From Selaginella moellendorffii (taxonomy: Eukaryota > Plantae > Lycopodiophyta), in contig NW_003314314.1 in the NCBI RefSeq assembly GCF_000143415.4, positions 997,771 to 1,061,770 of the forward strand: a stretch of 64,000 bases of DNA. Reading direction: 5' to 3'. The stretch's first letter is position 1. Every line of letters begins with the position of its first letter. The notes under the pieces are model-generated. The model was not told the origin of the DNA, did not search any database, and was given only the letters and a program-made list of their open reading frames with translations. Both the position numbers and the translations under genes were made by a program. Shown here piece by piece: positions 24,047 through 36,551 of the stretch.

Positions 24047-24808
24047 ATGAAAAGAACGCATTTTAGCTTCTCGCGTATGGCGAGGTCCTGGAGTTCCAAA
24101 GATCTATCACCGAAATCCACAGCAATGGATCAGCCAGGGGAGAAATTGTCCGCCAAAACAGGGGAATTGCTGGACGCCAAGAAAATCGAGGAGCAGCTAG
24201 CGCGGGCAACGGTGCCAATCGAGGCGCGCATTGCCGACGTCGAGAAGATGTGGGATCTGGAATTCTCGTCCATGTCGAGCTACGGGAGCCGCGACCTCGA
24301 CGTTTGCGCGCTCAAGAGCAGGCTCGAAATCTCGGGATTCGACTGCTGCGACGCTACGACTATAGCACCAAGCGCTGGAATCGAGTCATCTTGCAGCGAA
24401 ATCGAACAAGGGGATCCAGAAATCGCGCATTGGGATCAAGAATCCGGGCAAGCATGCACAAAGCAAGAAGAAGACCACAGTAAAGCTGAATATCTTGCCA
24501 AGATCACGAGGCAGCGACGAAGAAATCACAGCTTGTCCGCGGCATTGCCTCCAGATCTGCGCGGCCCAGCCAGCAATGCCATCCCTCTAGTGATGGAATC
24601 CTGCGACCCCTACAACGATTTTAGGGTTTCCATGGAGCAAATGGTGCGCGAGAATGGAATTTTCGAGTGGCCCGAGCTCCAGGAGCTGCTCTACTGCTAC
24701 ATCGCTCTAAATTCGCCAGACCAGCACGAATCCATCAAGCTCGCATTTGCGGATTTGGTGGCAGAGCTCCATCTCGAGGACGATGATTTCTTCTTCGATT
24801 GCTTGTAG
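24047..24808 (+). CDS. OVATE family protein (OFP), intronless
   Basis: C-terminal OVATE domain SCDPYNDFRVSMEQMV...ELQELLYCYIALN...IKLAFADL; first in-frame ATG is at 24047. Confidence 0.9.
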   Translation: MKRTHFSFSRMARSWSSKDLSPKSTAMDQPGEKLSAKTGELLDAKKIEEQLARATVPIEARIADVEKMWDLEFSSMSSYGSRDLDVCALKSRLEISGFDCCDATTIAPSAGIESSCSEIEQGDPEIAHWDQESGQACTKQEEDHSKAEYLAKITRQRRRNHSLSAALPPDLRGPASNAIPLVMESCDPYNDFRVSMEQMVRENGIFEWPELQELLYCYIALNSPDQHESIKLAFADLVAELHLEDDDFFFDCL

Positions 24809-25462
24809 AAAGTGTTTGTTTGTTTTGGATTGAAATGGGAAAAATGTCCCAGCCATTTGCGTTGATATTCTTGATACGACCATGGCGGATGCGGATGTTA
24901 TTTTCCTCGATTTGCTGGTTTTTCGCGGCATTTAAAACTTTCCACGGGTGGTGGTGGCTGTTGTAATCTGGGCAGTGAATGAGTGGATCCATGAAAGCAT
25001 TCATCCATCCATAGAAAAGGACGTACGAAGAGCGTACGACACTCGACATAAAAGAATGGACCATCTTGTAAAGAAAAGCGAAAGGGAAAGGTGGCGCCTT
25101 TAAATGGTGGTGCCCTAATTTTAGGATTTTAGGGGAGGGATTCGAACCGTGGCAGCGGTTTGAAACGGGCGAGTATATTCGCGTCACGGATTCGCTCCAT
25201 GTGGGCCAGTGGCACAAATCCAAAAGCGGGCGGTACGGCTGGCCACAGTCTATCTACCGTGGGAAGGGTTGGTAAGCTTGGAGCGGCCAGCAGCGAGCTT
25301 TTGTTGACCCCGGTTGCTTCAAAAGCCCCAGGGCGCGCCTACTGCGTCTTCGTGCCGACCCAATATCCTCCTCGTCGATCCGCCGCGCAATCCATCGCGC
25401 ACCACCGGCAGCAGCACAGATCTCGCAGCGGCGCCTCCAGATCTGCTCGCATTCCAATCGAG

Positions 25463-25649
25463 GTGAGTGAGCCAGGGTTATTCCCCGCTTGAATCTTCGT
25501 GTTCTAGGACTAGGTTTCCCAGATTTATTGCTTCTCTCTTCTCGCCTAGGTTTCCTTCGCATTTTCTCCCTAGATTCTCCCTAGATTGTCGCCGCTCACA
25601 GGGTTTTTGGTGGCGCTTCTCACAGTTTGATTCTTTTGTGAACGTACAG
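25463..25649 (+). other. 5'-UTR intron of SAM synthetase, ending immediately before the ATG
   Basis: GAG|GTGAGT donor, pyrimidine-rich body and TACAG|ATG acceptor; this arrangement is typical of plant SAMS genes. Confidence 0.75.
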
Positions 25650-26831
25650 ATGGATTCCTTCTTGTACACCTCGGAGTCCGTGAATGAGGGTCACCCGGAC
25701 AAGCTCTGCGACCAGGTCTCGGACGCCATCCTGGATGCGTGCCTGGAACAGGACCCGGACAGCAAGGTGGCCTGCGAGACGTGCACCAAGACCAACATGG
25801 TGATGATCTTCGGCGAGATCACGACCAAGGCCAACGTCGACTACGAGAAGATCGTCCGCGACACCTGCCGCGGGATTGGATTCACCTCGGACGACGTCGG
25901 CCTGGACGCGGACAAGTGCAAGGTGCTCGTCAACATCGAGCAGCAGAGCCCCGACATCGCGCAGGGCGTCCACGGCCACCTCACCAAGAAGCCCGAGGAG
26001 ATCGGAGCCGGCGACCAGGGACACATGTTTGGCTACGCCACGGACGAGACCGAGGAGCTCATGCCGCTCAGCCACGTCCTGGCCACCAAGCTCGGCGCCA
26101 AGCTCACCGAGGTCCGCAAGAACGGAACTTGCAAGTGGCTCCGCCCGGATGGCAAGACCCAGGTGACCGTCGAGTACCGCAACGAAGGTGGAGCTATGGT
26201 TCCAATCCGCGTCCACACCGTCCTCATCTCCACCCAGCACGACGAGACCGTCACCAACGATCAGATCGCCGCGGACCTGCGAGAGTACGTTATCAAGCCG
26301 GTGATCCCCGAGCAGTACCTGGATGAGAAGACCATCTTCCATCTCAACCCGTCCGGGAGGTTCGTCATCGGCGGCCCTCACGGCGACGCTGGCCTGACCG
26401 GCAGGAAGATCATCATTGACACCTACGGCGGATGGGGAGCTCACGGAGGTGGTGCCTTCTCCGGAAAGGATCCCACCAAGGTGGATCGCAGCGGTGCCTA
26501 CATTGTGCGGCAGGCGGCCAAGAGCGTGGTGGCGGCGGGGCTCGCTCGCCGCTGCATCGTTCAGGTGTCTTACGCCATTGGAGTTCCGGAGCCGCTGTCG
26601 GTGTTCGTCGACTCGTATGGCACTGGCAAGGTTCCAGACCGTGAGATCCTCAAGCTCATCAAGGAGAACTTTGACTTCCGGCCGGGAATGATCGCGATTC
26701 ATCTGGATTTGAAGCGTGGTGGGAACAAGCGGTACCAGAAGACGGCGGCCTACGGTCACTTTGGTCGGGACGACCCAGACTTCAGCTGGGAGACGACAAA
26801 GCCACTCAAGTACGACAAGGTTGATGCTTGA
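25650..26831 (+). CDS. SAMS: S-adenosylmethionine synthetase, 393 aa
   Basis: [17 protein letters not shown] and GGGAFSGKD signatures; intronless CDS. Confidence 0.98.
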   Translation: MDSFLYTSESVNEGHPDKLCDQVSDAILDACLEQDPDSKVACETCTKTNMVMIFGEITTKANVDYEKIVRDTCRGIGFTSDDVGLDADKCKVLVNIEQQSPDIAQGVHGHLTKKPEEIGAGDQGHMFGYATDETEELMPLSHVLATKLGAKLTEVRKNGTCKWLRPDGKTQVTVEYRNEGGAMVPIRVHTVLISTQHDETVTNDQIAADLREYVIKPVIPEQYLDEKTIFHLNPSGRFVIGGPHGDAGLTGRKIIIDTYGGWGAHGGGAFSGKDPTKVDRSGAYIVRQAAKSVVAAGLARRCIVQVSYAIGVPEPLSVFVDSYGTGKVPDREILKLIKENFDFRPGMIAIHLDLKRGGNKRYQKTAAYGHFGRDDPDFSWETTKPLKYDKVDA

Positions 26832-27058
26832 GACCTGGCCAACAAAGAACAAAGTACGTGAGAATGAAGCACAGGAACGACGACGAAAAGAAAGGAAAAA
26901 AGAACAAAAAAAAAAAAAAAAACTGGAAAAGATTGGTTTGATCATGCGTATTTTGCTAGCTAGCTCCTAACAAGCATTGATGTACCTCCCAGCCCCTCCG
27001 CTGTGTCCCATTTGTTATACTGCTTTTGCTCGATAATAAGAAAAAGACAACTCTTCTT

Positions 27059-28079
27059 CTATCCTTGTGTTGGAACTCGATAACTCCGGTCGAACATCTT
27101 TAGCACGAACAAGTTTCCCCGATCACCGCGAGAGACGCTGCAACAGCTAGGAGTTGATCAGAGCATGAAACGCATAAAACGTTCAAGCTCACCGCAAATC
27201 TTCGTCCAGGTAAGTTACATCCAGTTCTCCTCGTGCGCGTCCTGGAGCCTTGATTGGAATCTGAATTGCACGTGTTTTTTTTAGAGTTCCTGTACATGCA
27301 CTAGCAGCGATTGACACTTTACCAAGCCTGCGATTTTGAAGAAATCAAAATTGACCACCACTTTGGAAGAGCTTGAAGGGGTTAGATTTGCGGTCACCTA
27401 CAACGCAAGTATAAGGAATCGGATATCATGAAATACTGACTACGTCAACCTGGTTGAAGAAGGGCCAGGTTTCTAAGTTTTGAGCTCTCAAAGTGTCGTT
27501 GTTGATCGCCTGGTAGATTGGTCCATTCGGCCGCAGCAGCTTTGGACGCTGCACGTGAGGAACAGTTTACAACGTCAGCCGTAGCAAAGACAGAGTATAC
27601 AGAGTATACTTACGTTCGATTTGAGTATGGATTGTGATGTCGTGTACAAAAGCTCCCACTTTCCGTTGAGTAGAGGCGACTTCAGTGGTGCTTTGGTGGG
27701 ATTTAAAGCCTCCAACTTCTGAGCAAGCTGTTTCCAAAGATAAATAATTTTTTTTGCCAGATATGAAGCTCTTCCATACCTTGTCGATACGCATTCGATC
27801 GTCTTCCGTGGCTGCTGCCCCTCTGTCCAGCGGCTCAATCTCTGACAGAAGCTCCTTTTTCACCGCATCTTTATCACCTTGCTTCAGAAATGGCAATACC
27901 TCGCTGAGCCTGTTTGTAGCTTGCATTCTACGCGCTACATCCACACGGTAAGAGAGAAATTGACGTTTCCTACCGATCTCAGGCATGATAAACACGCTTG
28001 ACTTCCCAAGGGCTGGTGACAGTGTCGCTGAAAGTCGCCCATTCCTACTGGAAGCTGTTTGAAAACTCGCCAACGCCAT
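27059..28079 (-). CDS. Plastid lipid-associated protein / fibrillin, multi-exon
   Basis: Transit peptide, [30 protein letters not shown], and C-terminal [14 protein letters not shown]. Confidence 0.9.
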
Positions 28080-28261
28080 GCCTAGGGCCTATCAGCGAAA
28101 TGTCTTGATTTCTAAGAGAAAATCTCTGCTTACCTTGAAGAAATCTAAATGTGACGTTAAGTTTTACAGCTCAAGCTCGACTTTTCTTCTGCTTGACCCG
28201 CTCCTGGTGAACCAGAGTGAGGTTAAGAATCAGAAATTATGAAACAAAATTTCTACCTTTG

Positions 28262-30359
28262 CTAGAATTTGTAGACCTCAGCTGTATCGTACGTCTCGAT
28301 GATGTAGTTGAGCTCATCTGAGACCTCCTTCATTGTCGGACGCTCGTCTTTGCTCTCCCGAAGACAATTAAGCGCCAACATCACCACACCAACAATGGTT
28401 TCTCTGGTCACGACTTCGAAGGCGTTATCACCGTTGTGAAAATCAAGTAGCCTTTTGTCAACAACATCCATGACGTCCCCTCTCTCAGTTCTCGCAATGA
28501 CATACATTGCCAGGTTGATGTCATCTTGGTCCCTGGAGAAATCGATGGCTTTTTGAGACGTAACGAGCTCCAGTAGAACGACACCAAAACTGTAGACGTC
28601 ACTCTTGTCTGTCAGCTGATACTTCCTGTAGTACTCCGGGTCTAAATAGCCCAAAGTCCCCTGTGCACAAGTGGAGACGTGACTTAAGTCTGGCTCGGCT
28701 AACCTCGACAGCCCAAAGTCGCAAACTCTGGCAACCAAAGAGTTATCGAGTAGTATGTTGCTGGACTTCACGTCTCGGTGGTAAATCGGTGGATACGCTG
28801 CTGAGTGGAGATAGGCCAGACCTTCGGCAGTTTGCAAAGCTATTCGAAGCCGAGATCTCCAGTCAAGAAAACCTCTGCCCACATGAAGCCATTCGTAGAG
28901 AGTGCCATTGGGAATGTATTCGTAGACGACTAGAGGCTCGCCAGTATCAACGCAGCAACCCCAGATCCGGACCAAGTTCCTGTGATTCACTTGCGAGAGA
29001 ACGCGCACCTCGTTGATCACCTGGTCCCTGCCTTTGATGTTTCCAAGCTTGGCCAGCTTGATCGCAACGACCACTCCATCATCGAGAGTTCCCTTGTAGA
29101 CTTCTCCAAATCCACCCGTTCCCAAGAGCCTCTCCTTGGAAAAGTTGTTCGTGGCACGCTTCATCTCTCCCGCGGTAAAGATCCTTGAAGTTTTTCCTCC
29201 GCCAGCATTGGACATGATCAGTGCGAGCTCTTGTGCCCTGTTTGCCCGCTTCATCGCCCTCCTAGATCTTCTTTTGTGGACAACGAAGAGCGCAGTGGCT
29301 AGTATTGCTGCCAAAACCGCGCCTCCCGATGCAAGACCTGGAAGAGCGAGCATTTTAGTGTACGAGAATCGAGCAAGAAATCTGTCCCTACCTGCGATAA
29401 GGATCGCGTTGTTGGATCGCGAACAGCCAGCGCCATTGCAAGCTGAGAGACATGAAACGAAGAACCCTAAAACTCCGAACGAAAATATTTCTTGATCACA
29501 TACCTGTGCTGGAGCAAACCCCTTCGTCGGAATTCCAGACGTAGCCTGGATCACACAAGCACCGGAAGTCCCCGCTCGTAGAATCCATCCTACACGATGA
29601 ATCTTCGGTGTCGCAATCGTCTCCCTCGCCGCCACACTGGAGCTCCCTGGGCGGCGCCCATCCCAGCTCCACACCATAGCTCCATTGCCTGGGATCTAAG
29701 CTCTGATCCATACGCACGACGCTCACGTATGCCGAGCAGCCCAATCCATCGGTTCTCGTTCGGATAGTGTGGGATGTGCTAGATCCCCCAGCCGTGAAGC
29801 TACAGCAGAGATTATCGCCCCGGCAGGCGCTAGCGCTGGGCGTGGAATCGATGTAGCGGTGGCAGACGCTACTGGAGGAGCAATTGAGCGGCGATCGCAG
29901 CAAGATTGAAGAACAGTTGAGGAACAGGATCGTGTTGCTGCTCGTGACATTGAACGCCTGGCTTTGATTGAGCGCCAGGCCGCCACTGCCGCCGCTGGCC
30001 GGCGAGGGATTGATCGCGTCCAGCGTCGTGCAGCTCGCCGGCGCCAGCGGCATGGAGGAGATGACGATATTTCGAGACTCGCGGTCGATGCGCTGGATCG
30101 AGTAGCGGCCATTGAGCGCCTGGAGCTCGAGATTTCCCTGGCGGCACATGATCGCGTAGTCTGGCCTGCCGCAGGATGGATCGGTGCTGAGAGGAAATGG
30201 CACCGTCGCGTTGCCGCAGCTAGGGCATTGATAGGGAGAAGCGCCATCGCAGATCTGGGAGAAGTAGAGGAGAAGAAGGGAGAATGCTAGCATCTTGATC
30301 GCCGCGGGCGCGAGGGTTTGGAGGATTCCAATCCTCCTGCATTGAAATGGGAGCGCCAT
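28262..30359 (-). CDS. Wall-associated kinase-like receptor (WAKL15/20-type: GUB_WAK cysteine-rich ectodomain, TM, RD kinase)
   Basis: Signal peptide, CGNATVPFPLST..CG, Cys-rich/EGF-like segment, TM and a full kinase domain (HRDVKSSN, GTLGYLDPEY). Introns ~29443-29503 and 29338-29391; alternative start at 30293. Confidence 0.92.
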
Positions 30360-30669
30360 GGATGAAAATTTCCTGGGAAGACAATCAGGAAGAGAATGCT
30401 GCTGGTCTAATGGATCGCGGCGCTGCTTGCCAGCGAAGAAAGCACCGAAATTTCTTCTCGCTTCCACTGCGCCGTTTCCTTGAATTTGTCTCTATATGCG
30501 GGTCAAGGCAAGCATACAAACATAGGTAGTATTCTCATCATCATCATCGGCTCGCGAATCACAAGCACTGTTTCGCAGAAGTTCCCAGAATCATTTTAAA
30601 CTTGTAAGAGAATTGATAGCCGTACATTTTAATTTACATTTACTGGGGTACGACATCACAGTTTAACTT

Positions 30670-31494
30670 TTACTTCCAGTCGAGGATGTCGAGGAGCAAG
30701 AGGACCTCATCATCGGAGCTAGCCGTGTCAAGGAAATCCAGCTCGATCCCAAACACCTCGGCCATCGTATTTGGCGGCCTCTCCACAAGTAGCAGCGCCA
30801 CCCAAGCCCTAATCTCCGAGAGGAACGGGTAGAGCGGCGAGATGTGGAGGTAGTCGTAGGCGTGCGCGCGCTTCTCCAGGCCGTCCACGTACGTGAACCG
30901 CGAGCCGTCGATGATGGTGGCGATCTGATCACTGTCCTTGCGCCTCACGAGCATGGACATGCTACAAACGCCATCGTCGCTGTCGCTGACATCGCTGCTA
31001 GGGCTAAACTGGAAATAGGGCAGCACTGGGACGCTCATCTTGTACTCGCTGCTGAGAAGATGCTGTCGCATGCTGTCGCAGATTCCCTCTGGCGGGTCCT
31101 TGATCCGCGACTGTACGACCGGGCCGGCCACAATGGCCGAGTATACGGACCTCCGCCCTACCCACACGTCGACGTAGAACTCCAGGTCCCTGAAACACAG
31201 CTTGGGCGCCGGGAGTGCTCGGTTCCTCTTGCTCCTCGCGATTGTGGAGAAGAGATTGCGGTAGCCGCGAATTGCCCCAATTGTGGATGATCCGATTGTG
31301 GATCGCTGGTGGGAATTGCTGGAATTGAGGCAGATCGATGGCCAGCGGCTAGCGCAGAGGCGTCGCCAGAGGAAATCGTCCCTGCCCACGTCTCGCCACT
31401 GCCGGCACACGCAAATGCATGCCGCAAGATCCCTTCCCGTGAGGAGGGGGAAGACTTCCTTGAGCACCTCGCCCATCTGGCCCTCCTCGTCCAT
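30670..31494 (-). CDS. F-box protein, intronless, 274 aa
   Basis: N-terminal F-box EVLKEVFPLL..RDLAACICVCRQWRDVGRDDFLWRRLC. Confidence 0.88.
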   Translation of the reverse strand: MDEEGQMGEVLKEVFPLLTGRDLAACICVCRQWRDVGRDDFLWRRLCASRWPSICLNSSNSHQRSTIGSSTIGAIRGYRNLFSTIARSKRNRALPAPKLCFRDLEFYVDVWVGRRSVYSAIVAGPVVQSRIKDPPEGICDSMRQHLLSSEYKMSVPVLPYFQFSPSSDVSDSDDGVCSMSMLVRRKDSDQIATIIDGSRFTYVDGLEKRAHAYDYLHISPLYPFLSEIRAWVALLLVERPPNTMAEVFGIELDFLDTASSDDEVLLLLDILDWK

Positions 31495-31568
31495 GGCGAC
31501 GACGACCCTGTTTTCTCTCTCTTATTTGACCTAACCCTAGGGCGGGTTTGCATTATAGGGCTCTTGCG

Positions 31569-34500
31569 ATGGCGATGGCGATGGTCATGCCGGGACCGGC
31601 GAGCAGGGAGAATGCGGGGTGTGCGGATTGCAGCGCGCACGGACTGCTGGCCTATGGCGCCGGTAGCGCGATCGTTCTTGTGGATGTTCGATCCATGCAG
31701 CTGCTGCTCGTGCTGCCAATGCCCGCGCCCCGGCCATCGCTCCCGGCGTCCTATGTCTCAGCATTGCAGTGGCTGCCCCAGGGATTGCCCCATTCCGCCA
31801 TGGAAGATCTCTCGGCTCCACAAAAGCTCCAATTGGCGGCGGGCGATCGGCAGGGGAGGATCGCAATCTGGGATGTGAGCTCGGGTTTGGTCGCGACCTG
31901 GCTCGGGGATGACAAGAACACCGGTTCTAGCAGCGGTGGCGTTTATAATCTCTGCTGGATCCATTCGCATCCGTCGTGGTTGCTGGCGGCAATCCATGGC
32001 GCGAATTTGCTCGTGATCTGGGATCCTCGCTCGAGATCCGCGATCTGGAGGTATGACGCCGCGGATACTCTCACTTGCCTGCGTTGCGATCCTTTGGATT
32101 CTCGCCAGCTCTGTGCTCTGGGAGTCAAAGGTTTACTTCTCTCGATACTGGTTACTGGGACCGAGAACAACAGTGTGTTATCCAAGAGTTATCAGCTGGA
32201 AGCTAGAAGCATTGGCGATCATGACGAACGCGAACGATCGTCCAGTAGCGCTAGCAGTGCCAGTGGAACAGGGGGAACTCCGTCCTCGGGTGGTGGAGGA
32301 GCTTCCAATTCCACGACTGCGGCTGCATTGCCTTCCATGATGATGGGAACCTCTGCTCGATGCCACTTCTCCTCGTCGTTTGGAGCCAGCCGGGGCATTC
32401 TCTACGTGGTTCTTCCCAGAGAGATTGTGGTCTTCGACTTACACTTGGGGATGACACTCTCGTCCATGCCGCTACCCCGCGGCTGTGCAAAGTTCCTTGA
32501 CTTGGTGGCGGACGTGGGTGGCGAGCTCTTGTTCTTTGCTCACGTCGACGGCAAGCTCAGCAGCTGGAAGAGAAAAGAGTGAGTATAAAACGTCTTTCTG
32601 TTTTTTCTCATACTAATTCTTCTCGCTCGAACGTATGATTGCAGGAACAGCCAGGTTTTTTCGATTGTACAGATTGACAGCCTCATGCCCTCGTTTGGGA
32701 CCCCGGTTCCTCCGCCTTCCGTGCTTGCCGTCACCTTCTGCCCGATTGGAATGCCCCATGGCGTCGAGCTCGAGCCTCCGAAGCAGCAAGCTCATATAAC
32801 GTTCGTCTCGGTTTCAGACGATGGGAGACTATGGGAGTGGCGCATGAAGCACGATTCTTTGCATCAGCTAAGCGAAAACTCTAATGTTGAGTTCGCCTTT
32901 CAAGTAAGTTTTTCTGTTCCTTGGTCGCATTGCAGTTTAGGTGTTGGTTATGGTTGAGTACGGCATGCATGAACTTAGCAAGCAGCTAGGTGTGACTTTC
33001 ATGCTCGTTGATTAATCTAGCTACACGGAATGGTATCCTTGCAGCCGTGACAGTGGGATTTGCTCTTCTTCTTGAGCTGCAGCTAGAATTAACTGGACAA
33101 CTACATCTCCTGCCATCTTCTGTGATAACTTTAGCGGTCGCCGTGCCTTCCTTGCTAGCAACCATGTCAGGTAAAACTTTTTGTGTCGTAGGCTCTTTAA
33201 CAAGCGGTTTTCCATTTCGTCAGGTGGTGGAAATGCGGCGGCACCATCTGTCCCACTTGTTGCTTTAGCCACACAGTCGGGAACTTTAGAGCTTCATGAT
33301 CCCTCTGCCCATGCAATCACATCCTCGTTCTCTGTACATAACAACAATGCTGTTCGAGGAATTCGTTGGCTGGGAAATACGCGTCTCGTTTCTTTTTCAT
33401 ATACGGAGGTAAATTTGTCAACCTTTCATCACGATTTTGCTCACTATAGCGCAGGTGAAAGGAAAAGGAGGTGGATTTATTAACAAACTTGTTTTGACTT
33501 GTATACGGAGTGGCCAAAGTCGATGCTTTCGCGTTCTTCAAAAGCCTGAGAGAGCGCCAATGCGAGCTCTTCGGACCTCCCCTTCTGGAAGGTAGCCTAG
33601 TTTTGCTTGTGTTACTCCTACTTAAAGTGCCTTTTAATCAGATACATGCTGATTCTGTTCCGGGAGGCTCCAGCAGAAGTATGGGCTATGACGAAAAATC
33701 CTCAAATGGTATTTTCCTTCTTTTTCTCATTTGCTTTTTAGTGAAAAACATTTCTGTTCTGATAGCTTCGATCTTTGGCGTTGCCGTTTACTGTGATGGA
33801 ATGGGCATTGCCACCAGCACCGAAGCCTTCGGACCCGCCGCAATTACCATCGCATCGACCATCTCTTGCATATCGAGAACGCCCGACTATAGCTTCCACT
33901 GTTGCTGCAGCTAACGCATCTCCGGCTGGTGATGATCAAGGTCAGGACAATCAAAGCACCTTCATTGTGATCACTTAGTTCGGTTATTTATTTTGCCAGC
34001 GGACGCATCGCAACAAGACGAAACAGCCGAAAGTTTTGCATTCGCTTTAGTAAATGGTTCGCTAGGAGTGTTTGAGCTTCGGGGCAGAAGAGTTCGCGAC
34101 TTCAAGTAAGCGTTTCCACTTCTGGTTTCCAATGTAATTGAGTTTTATCTATCTGGCAGGCCCAAATGGCCTGTGTCATCGTTTGTATTGACGGATGTTC
34201 TAGTCACTGCAATGGCATATCGGATGCCCCATGTGGTAAATGTTTTCAATGTCATCGTCGATGCACATTACCATCTTGTGTTTCTTTCACAGGTTATGGG
34301 AGATCGTGTTGGAAATCTTCGGTGGTGGGATGTGACATCTGGTTCATCATCTTCGTTCAACACCCACAGGGGAGGTATTCGAAGAATTAAATTCGCCCCA
34401 GTGTCCGCAAATGACTCGACTAGAGGACGCGTCGCAGTTTTGTTCAATGACAACACGTTTGCGGTTTATGATCTGGTAAACATACCTTCTGGAAGGTTTT

Positions 34501-36448
34501 CTTTCCTAACTAGTTAATACAGGATACACAAGACCCTGTGGCCAACTCGCTTGTACAACCTCAGCTGGCTGGAATGCTTGTGCTAGAGCTTGACTGGTAC
34601 CCTTTGCGCATAGAGAAACAGGATCCGCTACAATTATGCCTAGTTGGTGCTGACGGGAGCTTTAGGATGCTTGAGATTCAAACCACGAAGTGAGTTTTTC
34701 GTGTTTGCATATCGAATTAAACTTTCTTATGATCCCTACAGAGGCCGTGGATCAAGGTCGATGGTGGCATCTTGGGAGAAATCAAGACCAATGCCAGTTT
34801 ATTCGCCCGCGCTACTTCCTTATCCACAAGCTTCGGTAATACTGTTTCCAACCTAGAGTTTGTAACTTCAATTCACGAATTGCAGGCTTTTCGTATACTT
34901 CTACAAACCGGAGTTTCTGCTTCGTGGTTTGGTACATCACCTGTGGACAGATCCAAAAGTTTGGTTGAATTTTCTGGAGATTTACGCCAGTTTCTCCTGG
35001 AGACCAATCTTCCCGCTATCGGAGACTCTGTGGTTTTGGAAATATTGTTGAAGGCACTAGAACCATTTCGTAGGACAGGCAAGCTCTCGTGTTTTTGTTA
35101 ATTTTCTACATGCTAAAATGGTGTATGCAATCAGGACGGTTGCTGGATGCTCAAAGTATACGTAATTACACAGCTTTAAGCAAACAAGGATGTGCTTCCC
35201 GGCTGGCATTTGCGGCTGCACATTTTGGAAATTACTTTGAGGCGTTATTCTGGCTACAGCTTCCGAGAGCGCTTGCACTCTTGGTTGATGGACCCACTGA
35301 GCCTGCTCCAACTTTGAAAGAAAGTTTAAGTTCTTTCAGGGAGCAGGGGTCTGCCAAGCTATCAAACGATAACGAGAATTCGCGTAAAGAACAAACTTGG
35401 TCGACGAAGAAGATGGTCTGCCTTACGTTCATACTGTAGACATTATGATGCCTAAATTTGTTATGCAGGCAGCTTTTGCCTGCGATCGAGCTACTGTCCG
35501 TGCGGTATCCGAAGAACGAATATCATGGCACAAAACGCTTGGGGGAGATGAGGCAGCACAAAAGCTAGTACATGAGTAAGTCTTTTCGTGGCTTGTGCTT
35601 CGGTTTTCACACGTTTGATAGATATGTATCTGCTGGAGATTTCGAAGCTGCTGTCACACTGCTCCTGGCTACACCTCCAGAGAATCCTCACTTTTATGTT
35701 GACGCTCTTCGGGCTGTAACTCTCGCCGCAGCTGTCTCTCCGGGACTACATGAGCTAGCAATCAAAGTAAGAACTAGATGGTCGTAAACATCTATGTATA
35801 ATTCTACTTGAACGCAGGTTGTTGCCGCGAATATGGTGGCCACGGACGATTCACTTGGTGGCACACATTTGCTTTGCGCTGTTGGGCGTTATCAAGAAGC
35901 ATGCTCACAGGTAATCCCCTGGCACTTCCATTTCTGTAATTTACCTTTGGTTCTCCAGCTCCAAGATGCTGGTCGTTGGGAGGATGCCTGCACTCTTGCT
36001 GCATCGAAACTAAGCGGGCCAGAGCTCTCGAGGTAGCCTGACGCTTTGGATTTTGTCCTTGTTTAACACAAATCTTTTGCAGAGTTTTGGAGCGTTGGGC
36101 GGAGCATGTTTTACAAACAGAGCATAACATCTGGAAGTGAGTTATCTCCAAGTCCCTCATTTTTTCTCATGCAACTTCCATTCGCAATGCAGGGCTTTGA
36201 CACTATTCGTGGCGGCAGGGGCATTGTCCGATGCGCTTCGAGCTCTGAATGCTCAGTGCCCGGACGTTGCAGCTCTTTTCCTCCTTGCTTGTCACGAAGC
36301 AAAAGCCGGGGTCGGGTCGAAGTTGGACAGTCTAGATTTGCCTGGTGACTTAGCCCAACACATGGAAGATGTCAACGCAGTCTGCGAGTTCTACTCACAT
36401 CACCAACGCCGCTTGTCTCAGCAGTGCAGTGGTCTCAACTTCTACTGA
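31569..36448 (+). CDS. WDR11: WD40-repeat protein, WDR11 orthologue, multi-exon
   Basis: N-terminus MPGPASRENAGCAD...GLLAYGAGS, LAAGDRQGRIAIWD, MGDRVGNLRWWDV, and C-terminal ACSQLQDAGRWEDA. Exact start uncertain among ATGs at 31569-31587. Confidence 0.85.
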
Positions 36449-36551
36449 CAAGATCGGAAAAAATTTCCGAGCAGCACAAATGCGAGGTACAGAGTCGTTT
36501 CTCGACAATAAGATTTTTTAGCGCTGATCTTGACGGTGGTTTTCAAGTTTA

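Noticed and set aside
25620-26945. 441-aa antisense ORF over SAM synthetase
   Set aside because: Shadow ORF caused by GC-rich third-position codon bias; no recognisable domain.
29338-29391. Insertion inside the WAKL transmembrane helix in the ORF translation
   Set aside because: Better explained as a 54-bp in-frame GT-AG intron.
32903-33082. Unusually long WDR11 intron as a snoRNA host
   Set aside because: No convincing C/D or H/ACA boxes or terminal stem were seen.
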